A stretch of 39,756 nt of DNA from a virus (lineage: Duplodnaviria > Caudoviricetes), in the IMG/VR virus record IMGVR_UViG_3300033405_000937, positions 1-39,756 of that record; one strand, given 5' to 3'. Below, one piece after another: positions 26,892 through 37,751 of the stretch (the first letter of the stretch is position 1; every line of letters starts with the position of its first letter). The translations under genes were made by a program, and so were the position numbers. The notes beneath the pieces were generated by a model. It was not told the origin of the DNA. It made no database searches and saw only the letters and a list, made by a program, of their open reading frames with translations.

Positions 26892-28637
26892 TTAATAGGT
26901 GCCGGGGATTCGGGTGTCGTAGAAGTCATGGTCGTTAGAAGCATGCAGACTACGAATAAAATTAGCTGTCGTAGGAGCCTCTCGCGGCTGTATAGACTGC
27001 ATGTCACTCTGGAAACCCGTGGGACACTCGCAGACCAAGCCAAGGCAGTCAGCAAAGTCATCATGACCGCCGCTCTTCGGGAACTTAAGGAGCTGGTCTT
27101 TTAGTTTGTCGTAGCCGGGGGAGCCCCCATGGAGCCAGAGCCGCTGCTGCGCCAAGATACCCTTGATGCCGCCGATGCGGATGTTCTTGGCGTCGGCCTG
27201 ATTCGACATCTTTTTCCACTCGATGGGCATCTTCTGGATGCCATTGTCACGGGCGAAGATTTCAAACACCGTGTTGTAGGCTTCCCAGCCCATAAATCGC
27301 TCCAGCCATATCATGGTGGGGCGATGCTTCATGGTCATCAAAGCCAACTGCTGGGCTACCTGCATCGAATCCCACTTACCATAGTTACAATCGACTTGAT
27401 AAAGGGAGCCCTGATAGTAGCGGACGACATACAGCACCGAGATGTCCCGCTTCTCGTCGCCGACGTAGCTTAAGTCGCCGCAGATGAAGCAGGAGGCTTG
27501 CAGGGCGCTGGGGAACTGCGAGTCATACCACAGGGTCTGCGCCCCTAGTAGACTCTCGGAGAAGGTCTGGTCATCCGCCGCTAATGGCGTGTTGAGGTAC
27601 TGGCACGCGAAGAACTCCTTACCCAGACGTAACTCTTCCGACTGCAGGAACTCCGGGGAGTGACCCTCGGTTCTACCATCCCGACACCGAAACTTGGGGA
27701 ACAAAACTTGAGTAGCACCAGAGTCCACAAACTGTTTGCAGTCACAGACACCACAGGGGTGCTCAACTAAGTTGGAATCGAAGTCATGCTCGATGTCTTT
27801 GTGACCGCAGGTTCGGCATACCTTAACCCAGCATGATTTAATCGAGACCTTCCATGGGTTGGTGCCCAGCTCTTGGATTTCCTTCTTGATTAAATCTTGT
27901 ATCTCTTCGTATAAATCGCCGAAGGAGTAACGGGTTCCCGTGACATAGATGAAGCCATCCGGAGCCAGCAGAGGACAGATGTCCTTGTAATCTTGCTTAC
28001 AGGCTTCCAGCGCCTTCAGGCTGCGGTAGTTCTGGTCGTTGACTAAGTCATCAACAAAGATAACGTCATAGTGGGAACCCGCCTTAACACTCTTGGCCGT
28101 TGTGATGGCCATAGTAGGTTCGGCCATGTTGGTACGCGGACGGTTGGGGATGTTGAAGTACTTCTTGGTGCCCAGCTTCCGACCGCAGAACTCCGGGAAT
28201 AGCTGCTTGAACTTGGCCGAGGGGTACTCAAAGTGCTTCTTGACGCGCTCTAACTGACGGGCGGCGAGGGTATCACCACCCGTCAAGAAGCAGATACGGA
28301 TGCCGGGGTAGTTCAAGATGAGCTGGACAATTTCTACGATAGTCGCCGAGGTCTTGAACAGACCACGCGACCAGAGGATGAGCCGCTTCTTCTTCTTCAA
28401 GTCTAAGTCATAGAGAGGCACACCGGGGCGCTTCTTTAAGAAGTTGTTGAACAGCCAGCGGTGAGGTACCTCTTGGAAGTCGCCCTCCATGACCTCGGTG
28501 CCCAAGTAGATACCGTCCGTCAAGGCACGGTATCTATCCTGCTTCCATTTCTCTTTCGCTTTGTCAGACAGATGGTTGAAAGAGGACATGAACTCAGCCG
28601 GAAAATCTGTCATGTCCACTTCGTAGGTTGGCGGCAT
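26892..28637 (-). CDS. terL: Terminase large subunit
   Basis: Walker A-like RGLFKTS, Walker B DVIFVDD, motif III GTRY, FACQYLNTP, nuclease GDLSY and HDDFAD. Confidence 0.93.
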   Translation of the reverse strand: MPPTYEVDMTDFPAEFMSSFNHLSDKAKEKWKQDRYRALTDGIYLGTEVMEGDFQEVPHRWLFNNFLKKRPGVPLYDLDLKKKKRLILWSRGLFKTSATIVEIVQLILNYPGIRICFLTGGDTLAARQLERVKKHFEYPSAKFKQLFPEFCGRKLGTKKYFNIPNRPRTNMAEPTMAITTAKSVKAGSHYDVIFVDDLVNDQNYRSLKALEACKQDYKDICPLLAPDGFIYVTGTRYSFGDLYEEIQDLIKKEIQELGTNPWKVSIKSCWVKVCRTCGHKDIEHDFDSNLVEHPCGVCDCKQFVDSGATQVLFPKFRCRDGRTEGHSPEFLQSEELRLGKEFFACQYLNTPLAADDQTFSESLLGAQTLWYDSQFPSALQASCFICGDLSYVGDEKRDISVLYVVRYYQGSLYQVDCNYGKWDSMQVAQQLALMTMKHRPTMIWLERFMGWEAYNTVFEIFARDNGIQKMPIEWKKMSNQADAKNIRIGGIKGILAQQRLWLHGGSPGYDKLKDQLLKFPKSGGHDDFADCLGLVCECPTGFQSDMQSIQPREAPTTANFIRSLHASNDHDFYDTRIPGTY

Positions 28638-28642
28638 GCAAG

Positions 28643-29182
28643 TTACCCCAGTAGCGTAACCTGACAGTAGGTACCTGTGTTGCTCGTGTCGATAAAGATA
28701 CGCGAGGCGTCGATGTTATCGTCGTCAATCTCCACCCAGTTCTGCGAGGAGAGCTGCAGACAGGCGGTGTACTGCGTAGAGGAGACGCTCTTGTCGCCGA
28801 CGTAAATCTTGTAGGTGGAGGCGGCTTGGTCAATCTCCAGCCGGACCTTCATATATTTCGTCATCGGCATCATCGCGGTGTTACCCGCATCTCCTGTGTA
28901 GCTCACATTGGCATGGGTCGTGTTGAAGGAGAACTGGAACAGAGCCGGGTTGTTGGCTGTCACTGTAACAGTGAGGCCGTTGAAGTAAGTGGCGGTGGTA
29001 AAGCCCCACAGGGTAACCTCCTGCCCAAGGTTGTAACCATTCGCAGGAAGGGAGCCGCAGGTGATGGTGGCGATGCCATTGGTAATCTGGAAGCCCACAG
29101 CGGCCAGTACCGTGCCCGTGTAGATGGGGGTCGGGGTACCAGCGGTGGCGGAGACGCGAGGGAGAACACGCATGATTGACAT
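28643..29182 (-). CDS. Putative virion structural protein carrying the module also inserted in nozzle and adaptor
   Basis: GQEVTLWGFTTATYFNGLTVTV...THAN matches repeats in 9363..12797. Confidence 0.6.
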   Translation of the reverse strand: MSIMRVLPRVSATAGTPTPIYTGTVLAAVGFQITNGIATITCGSLPANGYNLGQEVTLWGFTTATYFNGLTVTVTANNPALFQFSFNTTHANVSYTGDAGNTAMMPMTKYMKVRLEIDQAASTYKIYVGDKSVSSTQYTACLQLSSQNWVEIDDDNIDASRIFIDTSNTGTYCQVTLLG

Positions 29183-29189
29183 AATTTAG

Positions 29190-29453
29190 TTATCCTTTAC
29201 CCATGTGGGTCAAACCCTCGGCGGAGTCCGCCATCTTACGGATTTCAGGGTTCTTTGATTTTTCGGCCTTCGCGATGCGGCTCTGGCCTAGTTTCTCGCC
29301 CTTGGGCACGCCAAGAGCCTCGTGGAGCTTGCCGGGATGAACCTTGAAGCTTCCAGCCTTACCCAAGTCAACCTTCGTTACTTTGGGCTTCTTAATCTGT
29401 GACGGTACAGCGGGTTTGGACAGGTTCTTTAACCCATCGGTCAAATCGGCCAT
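29190..29453 (-). CDS. Small Lys-rich phage protein
   Basis: HPGKLHEALGVPKGEK motif, which I recognise from small basic proteins near phage packaging genes; function unknown. Confidence 0.7.
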   Translation of the reverse strand: MADLTDGLKNLSKPAVPSQIKKPKVTKVDLGKAGSFKVHPGKLHEALGVPKGEKLGQSRIAKAEKSKNPEIRKMADSAEGLTHMGKG

Positions 29454-29494
29454 AGTTTCACCCTCTACAGAAGGGGCTTGATAGTTGCAACTTT

Positions 29495-30024
29495 TTACTC
29501 CTCCTCAAAATCACCGAGATTGAAAGCGTCGGCCTGAGCCTCGGCTTCCTTCTTGCGTCTCTCAAGCACCGCGTTGGTGCGCTTGAGGTTATCCAGCTTG
29601 TGGCGGGGTCGATACTTCGGAGCGTTGCCATGGGTTCCATAGCCCATCTCCTTGGCCTTGTCTAACGCCTGTAACACAGGCGAGGTCGTCCAGCCTTGAA
29701 TGTTGGCGTACAGCTTGTAAGCCTGTATCTGCTGCGCGGTTATCGTGCCTTTGGTTATCTGGCGGCAGAGCATGGCAAGGAAGGACTGCTGGGGGTCATT
29801 TTCAAAGCAGCGGCTCAGGCACATAGACACATTGAACGCCGACATTACCCGGTAAGACATCACCAAGGCGGAGCGGTCGTTCTTGCACTTGTAGGCCGTC
29901 CGGATAGCGGTCACCGGGTCGAAGGCTTGATTGTCCAAGGCATTCTGAACGTAAGTCGCGACAAACATCTGCTGCTTACGGGTAAGCATGCGCCACTCGG
30001 GGGTCTTGGTTAACTCTTTCAAAG

Positions 30025-30031
<7 letters not shown>
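29495..30031 (-). CDS. terS: Terminase small subunit (putative)
   Basis: LTRKQQMFVATYV...TAIRTAY...A resembles the Terminase_2 HTH; upstream of TerL. Confidence 0.7.
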
Positions 30032-32313
<2,282 letters not shown>

Positions 32314-32341
<28 letters not shown>

Positions 32342-32571
32342 GGTAGAAATAGCTCCTTAAGTTTGACCCAGAGGGTTCTGGGGGTTCGGGATTCGATGGT
32401 GGAAAGGGTGACGAAGCAGAGCTTCGTTTGGTCGTTGTAATAGCGGGACTCGATGCAGGGGATGCCATCCTCTTCGACCAGATAATCGGCGATGAAGTAA
32501 GACCCCTCCGCCCTTACAGAGATGGGGTTACTGGGGGAACTAAAGTTTGGGGAGGTCAGACTAACTAACAT
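32314..32571 (-). CDS. Hypothetical protein
   Basis: Fills the operon with overlaps at both ends; start uncertain. Confidence 0.5.
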
Positions 32572-32986
32572 GAATGTCGAACTCCTCAACCAGATACTTA
32601 TTGACCTCGGCCAGAATGGCTACCTTCTCGGCGTTATCTGGGGCGCGATGGAGCCTCTGGGCGAAACCGAGGAGGGTCATCCGGCGCTGGTACTGGGGGG
32701 CTTCGGTACGGAGCTTGCCACCACCTGCTAGGCCGATGTAGACGTAAGCCCGTTCACGCGGGATTTGTTGTGTAAGCAGCCAGCGGGTAAAGAGACCCTT
32801 GCAACCCTTCTTGGCGGTGGCCTTCTGAACGGCGATGAGTTCCTTACCCAGAGCTAGGCGGTCGGCCTTCGCTGCAAGCTTACGAGCCTCGAACTTAGCC
32901 CAGATAGCTGCGGCCTTCTTGGCCGAGGGGATGGAACTGATGAGCTTAGACTCGGCGGCGGTTAGTACTATCGCGGGGCGACCCAT
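32561..32986 (-). CDS. DUF3102-like small basic protein
   Basis: LGKELIAVQK...GLFTRWL...RERAYVYIGLA resembles the DUF3102 pattern; GGAGG SD before ATG at 32986. Confidence 0.55.
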   Translation of the reverse strand: MGRPAIVLTAAESKLISSIPSAKKAAAIWAKFEARKLAAKADRLALGKELIAVQKATAKKGCKGLFTRWLLTQQIPRERAYVYIGLAGGGKLRTEAPQYQRRMTLLGFAQRLHRAPDNAEKVAILAEVNKYLVEEFDIHVS

Positions 32987-32987
32987 G

Positions 32988-33248
32988 TTACTTACCCTCC
33001 TGACTGATGAGGAACTGCACCGGAGTATGGGGGGCAGACTCGGAGCCATCCGGCCAGATAGCACCGGGGCAGAGGGGGAAGTAAAGGTGGGTGGGCAGGG
33101 CGTCCATGTACTCAGAGCTGGGGACGACCTGTGAGATACCCCGTTCGAGGTTGGCCAGATAGTAAGACCGGGCTTCCTCGGGGGTGGTGCCCCATGCGTA
33201 GGTGTACCTACCGTTGGTGTCCCAGATGACGTAAGAGTTAACCTTCAT
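32988..33248 (-). CDS. Hypothetical protein
   Basis: Operon-consistent ORF coupled to its neighbours. Confidence 0.55.
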   Translation of the reverse strand: MKVNSYVIWDTNGRYTYAWGTTPEEARSYYLANLERGISQVVPSSEYMDALPTHLYFPLCPGAIWPDGSESAPHTPVQFLISQEGK

Positions 33249-33426
33249 GTTGTGTTGGTACCTCGGGGAACTGGATGTATTGGTTGAGGAGGTCGGCTAA
33301 CCGGACGAGGTCAAAGGGTACCTTATTAACGAACAGGGTGGTGTCCCTATAACTCAGGGTGGAAGACTCGGGGGGTGTACAGATGCCCAGCAGACTACCA
33401 AGTATGGTCGGGGTAACTTTCCTCAT
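33238..33426 (-). CDS. Hypothetical protein
   Basis: First ORF downstream of the motif at 33441; no clear SD (possibly leaderless). Confidence 0.45.
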   Translation of the reverse strand: MRKVTPTILGSLLGICTPPESSTLSYRDTTLFVNKVPFDLVRLADLLNQYIQFPEVPTQHEG

Positions 33427-33759
33427 ATAACTCAGTACTTGATAGTTTGGAAATTCACAGTAATTAACATTGCGACAAAGGAAGGTAACAAATAATAGGG
33501 GGTCACCTTAGCGTAGCCGCACCGAGGTACCCTTGGGGCATTTGAATTCCATTTTCAGAATCAAAAGGAACCCCCTCACGCCCAGCCCCCTGCCTCAGCC
33601 CCAGCCACAAGATGCGCTCCGCGCCTATGTGCTTCAGTACTCGCAGCCCTTTATCCATGCGGCTGCGGAGTGAGTGGGCGAGGGGAGGGTTATGGCTGCT
33701 GGCTCAGAAATAATATGGCAGACCGGGCAACCATTGTGGTTGACCTGCGCTCTTATCTA

Positions 33760-33798
33760 TTGTACATTTGAGTCATCGGGTGTTGCACTAATGTACAA
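33760..33798. promoter_or_regulatory. Inverted repeat upstream of the serine recombinase (candidate binding/res site)
   Basis: TTGTACATT-21 nt-AATGTACAA just upstream of the SD. Confidence 0.45.
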
Positions 33799-33814
33799 AT
33801 AGGGAGATAGAAAC

Positions 33815-34480
33815 ATGGCAGACGACGGAAAATATATTGCATATTATCGGGTGTCCACCCAGCAGCAAGGAGTGAGTGGCCTCGGCTTAGAGGCGCAACA
33901 GGCATCGGTCACTAACTACCTCAATGGTGGCAAGTGGCAAGTACTTGCATCCTTCACTGAGGTCGAGTCCGGGCGTAAGAGTAATCGTCCCCAGTTAGCT
34001 GCCGCCCTGAAGATGTGTAAGTTGACCGGAGCCAAGCTTCTTATCGCTAAGCTCGACCGACTGGCACGTAATGTCGCCTTCATCGCCAACCTGATGGAGT
34101 CCGGAGTAAAGTTCGTCGCCGTCGATATGCCTCAGGCGAATAACATGACCATCCATATCCTCGCCGCTGTGGCCGAGGGTGAGGCTGAGATGATTAGCTC
34201 CCGGACTAAGGCAGCGTTACAAGCGGCTAAGGCACGCGGAGTCAAGCTGGGTGGAGCGCGTGGAGCGACTATCACCGATGCGACTCGTGAGGCCAGCCTG
34301 AAGGTCCGGCAGGAGACCGCCGCTAAGCGCAATGAAGGCATCCTCACCACGCTACTCGGGCTCAAGGCTCAAGGGTTCGAGACCCTCAACCAGCTCGCCG
34401 ATGAACTCAACCGTCGTGGATACACCACCGCCCGTGGCAAGCAATGGTCGCATGTGCAGGTGATGCGCATCATGAAGTAA
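33815..34480 (+). CDS. Serine recombinase (resolvase/invertase) with short C-terminal DNA-binding domain
   Basis: YYRVST catalytic Ser, ESGR..NRPQL, KLDRLAR, ISSRTKAAL and LNRRGYTTARGKQW. Confidence 0.95.
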   Translation: MADDGKYIAYYRVSTQQQGVSGLGLEAQQASVTNYLNGGKWQVLASFTEVESGRKSNRPQLAAALKMCKLTGAKLLIAKLDRLARNVAFIANLMESGVKFVAVDMPQANNMTIHILAAVAEGEAEMISSRTKAALQAAKARGVKLGGARGATITDATREASLKVRQETAAKRNEGILTTLLGLKAQGFETLNQLADELNRRGYTTARGKQWSHVQVMRIMK

Positions 34481-34501
34481 GTTCAATCATTGCAATGATA
34501 T

Positions 34502-34530
34502 AGCCGCCCTTCATCGGGGCGGCTTTTCTT
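34502..34530 (+). terminator. Rho-independent terminator
   Basis: AGCCGCCCT-TCATC-GGGGCGGCT-TTTCTT after the recombinase stop. Confidence 0.8.
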
Positions 34531-34602
34531 GTGTTCCTGCGATTACGGATACTGCTGATTTTTGAAGCTCGGGCTGAGCGTCTTAGCGACCCACGAGTGT
34601 GT

Positions 34603-34899
34603 CTATTTTACCACACTATCCTTGGGTGGCTTGGAGAAGATGCTGGCCACTTGGTTGACGCCATATGGGCTGGTACTCAGCAGTGTCAGGCTCCCAACCA
34701 TGTACGGGAACCCCGAGACCCAGATAGCCAGTTTGTCGCAGGGCAGGTAGTACATATGGTGCACTATGCTGGCGATAACACAGGCGCTGAATAGGCTGAG
34801 CAGGTAACTCAGAATACGGCTTGAACTAGGTAGTCCACTAGGCTCGGTGAAAATCCCTTGTGCGAACTCTTTGATAGGTAAACTGTACTTCTCGTCCAT
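34603..34899 (-). CDS. Putative holin (two transmembrane helices)
   Basis: SSSR motif before the first hydrophobic helix, a second hydrophobic segment and a basic C-terminus. Confidence 0.5.
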   Translation of the reverse strand: MDEKYSLPIKEFAQGIFTEPSGLPSSSRILSYLLSLFSACVIASIVHHMYYLPCDKLAIWVSGFPYMVGSLTLLSTSPYGVNQVASIFSKPPKDSVVK

Positions 34900-34976
34900 A
34901 ACATCCCTTACATTAAACGGTCGTATTTCGACACCGAACGGTAGTATGTACCCTCGTGAACTGTCGAATCTTTACA

Positions 34977-35150
34977 TTAAGCGGTCGTGCCACACTCCGC
35001 ATGAATCTTCGCTGCGCAGAACTCTAAGAACTCGTGCAGCTCTAACACTGTGTCGAATCCAAAGAGGTTAGCCTTACTCTTCTCCTCCACCACAGGAGGA
35101 GTCCGCATCCGCGAGGTCATCTCCTCAATGGCATGCTCTAGCGTGGTCAT
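34977..35150 (-). CDS. 57-aa hypothetical protein (not in ORF track)
   Basis: ATGA overlap with the upstream stop; MTTLEHAIEEMTSRMRTPPVVEEKSKANLFGFDTVLELHEFLEFCAAKIHAECGTTA. Confidence 0.5.
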   Translation of the reverse strand: MTTLEHAIEEMTSRMRTPPVVEEKSKANLFGFDTVLELHEFLEFCAAKIHAECGTTA

Positions 35151-35488
35151 CCGACGATACTCTTCAGGTATCCATAGATAGCGCCTAACTTACATAGGAA
35201 GGTCACCAGCGCCCCTGTTACGGTGCTTGCCGCTACTACCCATGCCAGTTGCTTAGACTGGGTCAGCTCGACCGCTGAGATGCGACTATTGATGTGGGTC
35301 AGCTCATCGCCCCGGAGCTTGCATAGGCCGGGTTGGCCGTTTCCCGTCAAGCTCTCCATGTTGTCCTGCAGGACGGCGACCTTGGGCTTAATGTCGTTGA
35401 TGACCGCTTGTAACTCGGCTCGCATCTCCGCCATCTGGGTGGTTAGATATCTCTCGAAGGGTGACAGCTCAGGCGACATCTCGCTCAT
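35147..35488 (-). CDS. Coiled-coil plus C-terminal TM protein (XhlA/holin-like architecture)
   Basis: Heptad-rich N-terminus, GNGQPGL motif and one C-terminal hydrophobic helix. Confidence 0.55.
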   Translation of the reverse strand: MSEMSPELSPFERYLTTQMAEMRAELQAVINDIKPKVAVLQDNMESLTGNGQPGLCKLRGDELTHINSRISAVELTQSKQLAWVVAASTVTGALVTFLCKLGAIYGYLKSIVG

Positions 35489-35543
35489 TAGTGTGGTTTC
35501 CTGTGAAGGTAGCTACACATATGAGCGAGATAGTGGTTAAAAT

Positions 35544-35777
35544 TTACTTCGACTTCTCCAGCAGGGCGATACGATGCTCCCCCCCGGACTTCTTATGCGC
35601 TGGCTGGCCGCAGGGTGTCCCTTGCCTGTTGTAACAGGCTTGGCAGGTCATCGCGTATGCCCTAGTACGACAGCGATGCATAGCCAGAAGGGTGTCGTAA
35701 CAAGGAGGGCGCAGACGAGTCCCGCGCAACAGGCGGTAGCGTAGAGCTTCAGAGTTATCCTTTGGAGGCTGTCTCAC
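35544..35777 (-). CDS. Small basic zinc-finger-like protein
   Basis: CQAC....GTPC...H..RI pattern; Arg-rich. Confidence 0.45.
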   Translation of the reverse strand: MRQPPKDNSEALRYRLLRGTRLRPPCYDTLLAMHRCRTRAYAMTCQACYNRQGTPCGQPAHKKSGGEHRIALLEKSK

Positions 35778-35928
35778 CAGCCTCGGTTAATGGTTGATTA
35801 GTTCTTTCCTTACCCGTGCCTTTGTTAGTCTTCGGGGCAGACTTCGAGGTCTCGCCCCAAATCTTTTCCAGCCGCTGCCAACTTCTATCTAAGGATTGCG
35901 GCGTCATGTTATCCCATGTGTCACTCAT
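35755..35928 (-). CDS. Hypothetical protein
   Basis: GGAG SD before MSDTWD; operon-consistent. Confidence 0.45.
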   Translation of the reverse strand: MSDTWDNMTPQSLDRSWQRLEKIWGETSKSAPKTNKGTGKERTNQPLTEAGETASKG

Positions 35929-35992
35929 ACCTATCTCCATTCGCGTTTGCAGCCCTTCTGAGCCTCATCTAGCTCCCCGGTGAGGGTTTCCC

Positions 35993-37492
35993 CTACCCGA
36001 CCATCGCCAAGTACTCCAGACAGCCCTGCTGATGTGCTAACAGGTCGTAATCGTCGGTCGCCTCATAGCCGCAGTGGCAACGATAGTCTGGGGCTTCGGT
36101 TTGGAAGTTCCGTAAGTCCTCACATATCATAGGTAGTTCCCGGACGATGACCCTCGCAGGTAGCTCCAAGATGCCCCGAGCTAACTCCTTCACCTTCGGC
36201 GGTAGCTGCTTGTCCCCCGTATAGTCGGGTCGAGATATCCAGAGGGTATCCAACACCTCACGGATAGAGTCGGCGGTCATACCATGCGACAGGTGCTGCT
36301 CCAGAGTTTTCACTATCTCGGGGATAAGCTCAGACCTGACGTCACAGCCGAGTACATACGCCACCTCCTGCGCCAACTCCCAGAGCGCGTGATTCTCTCC
36401 GATGCTGGACTCAGCGGCGGAACTCTCCTCAGGCTGGGCAGGAGCGGAACTCTTCGCTTTCTTACAGGTACGGCAGGTCTCCGGGTCATGGGCTACATAC
36501 TGGTCGAGGATGTCACCGGACTTGACAGCGTGGAGCATCTGAGGAGCACGTTTGAAGTAGAGTGCTCCAGACTTATGCGTCCGGTTGTAATCGAGGATGT
36601 TACAGGCTCCGTACTCCCTGCAGAGTTCTACTATCTCCAAACAGACAGGGTAGTACTTCTGCCGTTTCTCAGGATTCTTACCGGAGGCAGGATAGAGGGT
36701 TTGAAAGAGGTTCTCAGCTTCAGCTCCATACTTAGTCTCTAACTCAGAGGGAACAGGGTTACCTTCTGGTTCTGGAACAGGGGTAGACTTACTCATACTG
36801 GTTTGGACAGGAGGGTTTGACTTGCTCCCGCAGGGAGATGTAGTTGAAGTTGACTCACCCGACCCGGACGGGCGGCTGGGAGGGAGCGAAGCGACCGACC
36901 TTCCTTCCTCCCTCACTCCCTCACTCACTTGAGTTAAACATGTAGAGTTCCCATGAGGAGTTATATATGGAGAGTTAGGGTGCATCTCCTGCACCACGGG
37001 TAGTGAATCTAATGCACCACGGTGGTGCATCTCCTGCACTACCTGTGGTGAATCTAATGCACCACCCCCCCGTGGTGCATCTCCTGCACTACCTAGTGCA
37101 TCTGGCGCACTACCCCCCACTTTCTTACGCTTCTTGAGTTCCTTCTTGGCCAGTTCTTCCTGCCTCAGTTGCTCCCGCACTGCCTCCACTTCTGCTGGGG
37201 TGACGGTGCCCATGCGCTTCAAGTCGACCTTGTAGGTGTTGGCACGGTTCCCCAGCTCCTTGCTGCGTCCCCCCTTGGAGGTGACAGGTACCACGCCTAG
37301 CCGGGTCAGGAGGCTGACCGACTGGATGCACGACCGCCGACAGATACCTGAATCCTCGGCTATGACGCGGTAGGATGGGTAGCAGGTGCCCTCGTCATTA
37401 TCTGTGCGCTGGCAGATAACCCATAGGATGAGTTTATCGACGCCCCCTATGGCCTTTTGCGCGAAGGCGGCATCGGTATATTGGTTCGCCAT
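35993..37492 (-). CDS. Replication initiator with N-terminal winged HTH (HTH_36 / lambda O-like organisation)
   Basis: KLILWVI...GTCYPSYRVIAEDSGICRRS...NTYKV; low-complexity linker contains the iterons; start at 37492. Confidence 0.8.
   Translation of the reverse strand: MANQYTDAAFAQKAIGGVDKLILWVICQRTDNDEGTCYPSYRVIAEDSGICRRSCIQSVSLLTRLGVVPVTSKGGRSKELGNRANTYKVDLKRMGTVTPAEVEAVREQLRQEELAKKELKKRKKVGGSAPDALGSAGDAPRGGGALDSPQVVQEMHHRGALDSLPVVQEMHPNSPYITPHGNSTCLTQVSEGVREEGRSVASLPPSRPSGSGESTSTTSPCGSKSNPPVQTSMSKSTPVPEPEGNPVPSELETKYGAEAENLFQTLYPASGKNPEKRQKYYPVCLEIVELCREYGACNILDYNRTHKSGALYFKRAPQMLHAVKSGDILDQYVAHDPETCRTCKKAKSSAPAQPEESSAAESSIGENHALWELAQEVAYVLGCDVRSELIPEIVKTLEQHLSHGMTADSIREVLDTLWISRPDYTGDKQLPPKVKELARGILELPARVIVRELPMICEDLRNFQTEAPDYRCHCGYEATDDYDLLAHQQGCLEYLAMVG
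36980..37110. repeat. Iteron array / putative replication origin
   Basis: Six 15-bp quasi-palindromes: GTGCATCTCCTGCAC (36980, 37025, 37075), GTGAATCTAATGCAC (37003, 37048) and GTGCATCTGGCGCAC (37096). Confidence 0.85.
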
Positions 37493-37494
37493 GG

Positions 37495-37749
37495 TTACCG
37501 AGCCCCCTTGAGGTAGCCGAGAGCTTGTAACCGCTCTATCGCTTGCTGGAGAGTCTCGATGCTGGGGGTGCCCTTTGTCCGCCGCCCCGGCCACATATGT
37601 TGCCGGATAACGGTAGAGGTCGGCACCTCGGTGCTATACCTGTAGTGCCAGAGCATCACCATGAACATGACGTGGGTTATCTTGCCCTCGTGCAGGTCTT
37701 CAAAAAGTTGGTTGGGGATGTGGGCATCCCCACTGATGAGGTTACCCAT
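37495..37749 (-). CDS. Small winged-HTH-like protein
   Basis: HIPNQLF N-terminus and SIETLQQAIERLQALGYL, typical of replication-linked wHTH domains. Confidence 0.6.
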   Translation of the reverse strand: MGNLISGDAHIPNQLFEDLHEGKITHVMFMVMLWHYRYSTEVPTSTVIRQHMWPGRRTKGTPSIETLQQAIERLQALGYLKGAR

Positions 37750-37751
37750 AG

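Noticed and set aside
27729-27818. Intein in TerL
   Set aside because: Only about 30 aa and no C-terminal HN-C/S/T splice motif.
34908-34988. Mini-CRISPR array
   Set aside because: Only two 17-bp imperfect, non-palindromic repeats; too short to support the call. Kept only as an unexplained repeat.
36980-37110. CRISPR array
   Set aside because: Units are 15 bp with 6-12 bp gaps, lie inside a CDS, and no cas genes are present; iterons fit better.
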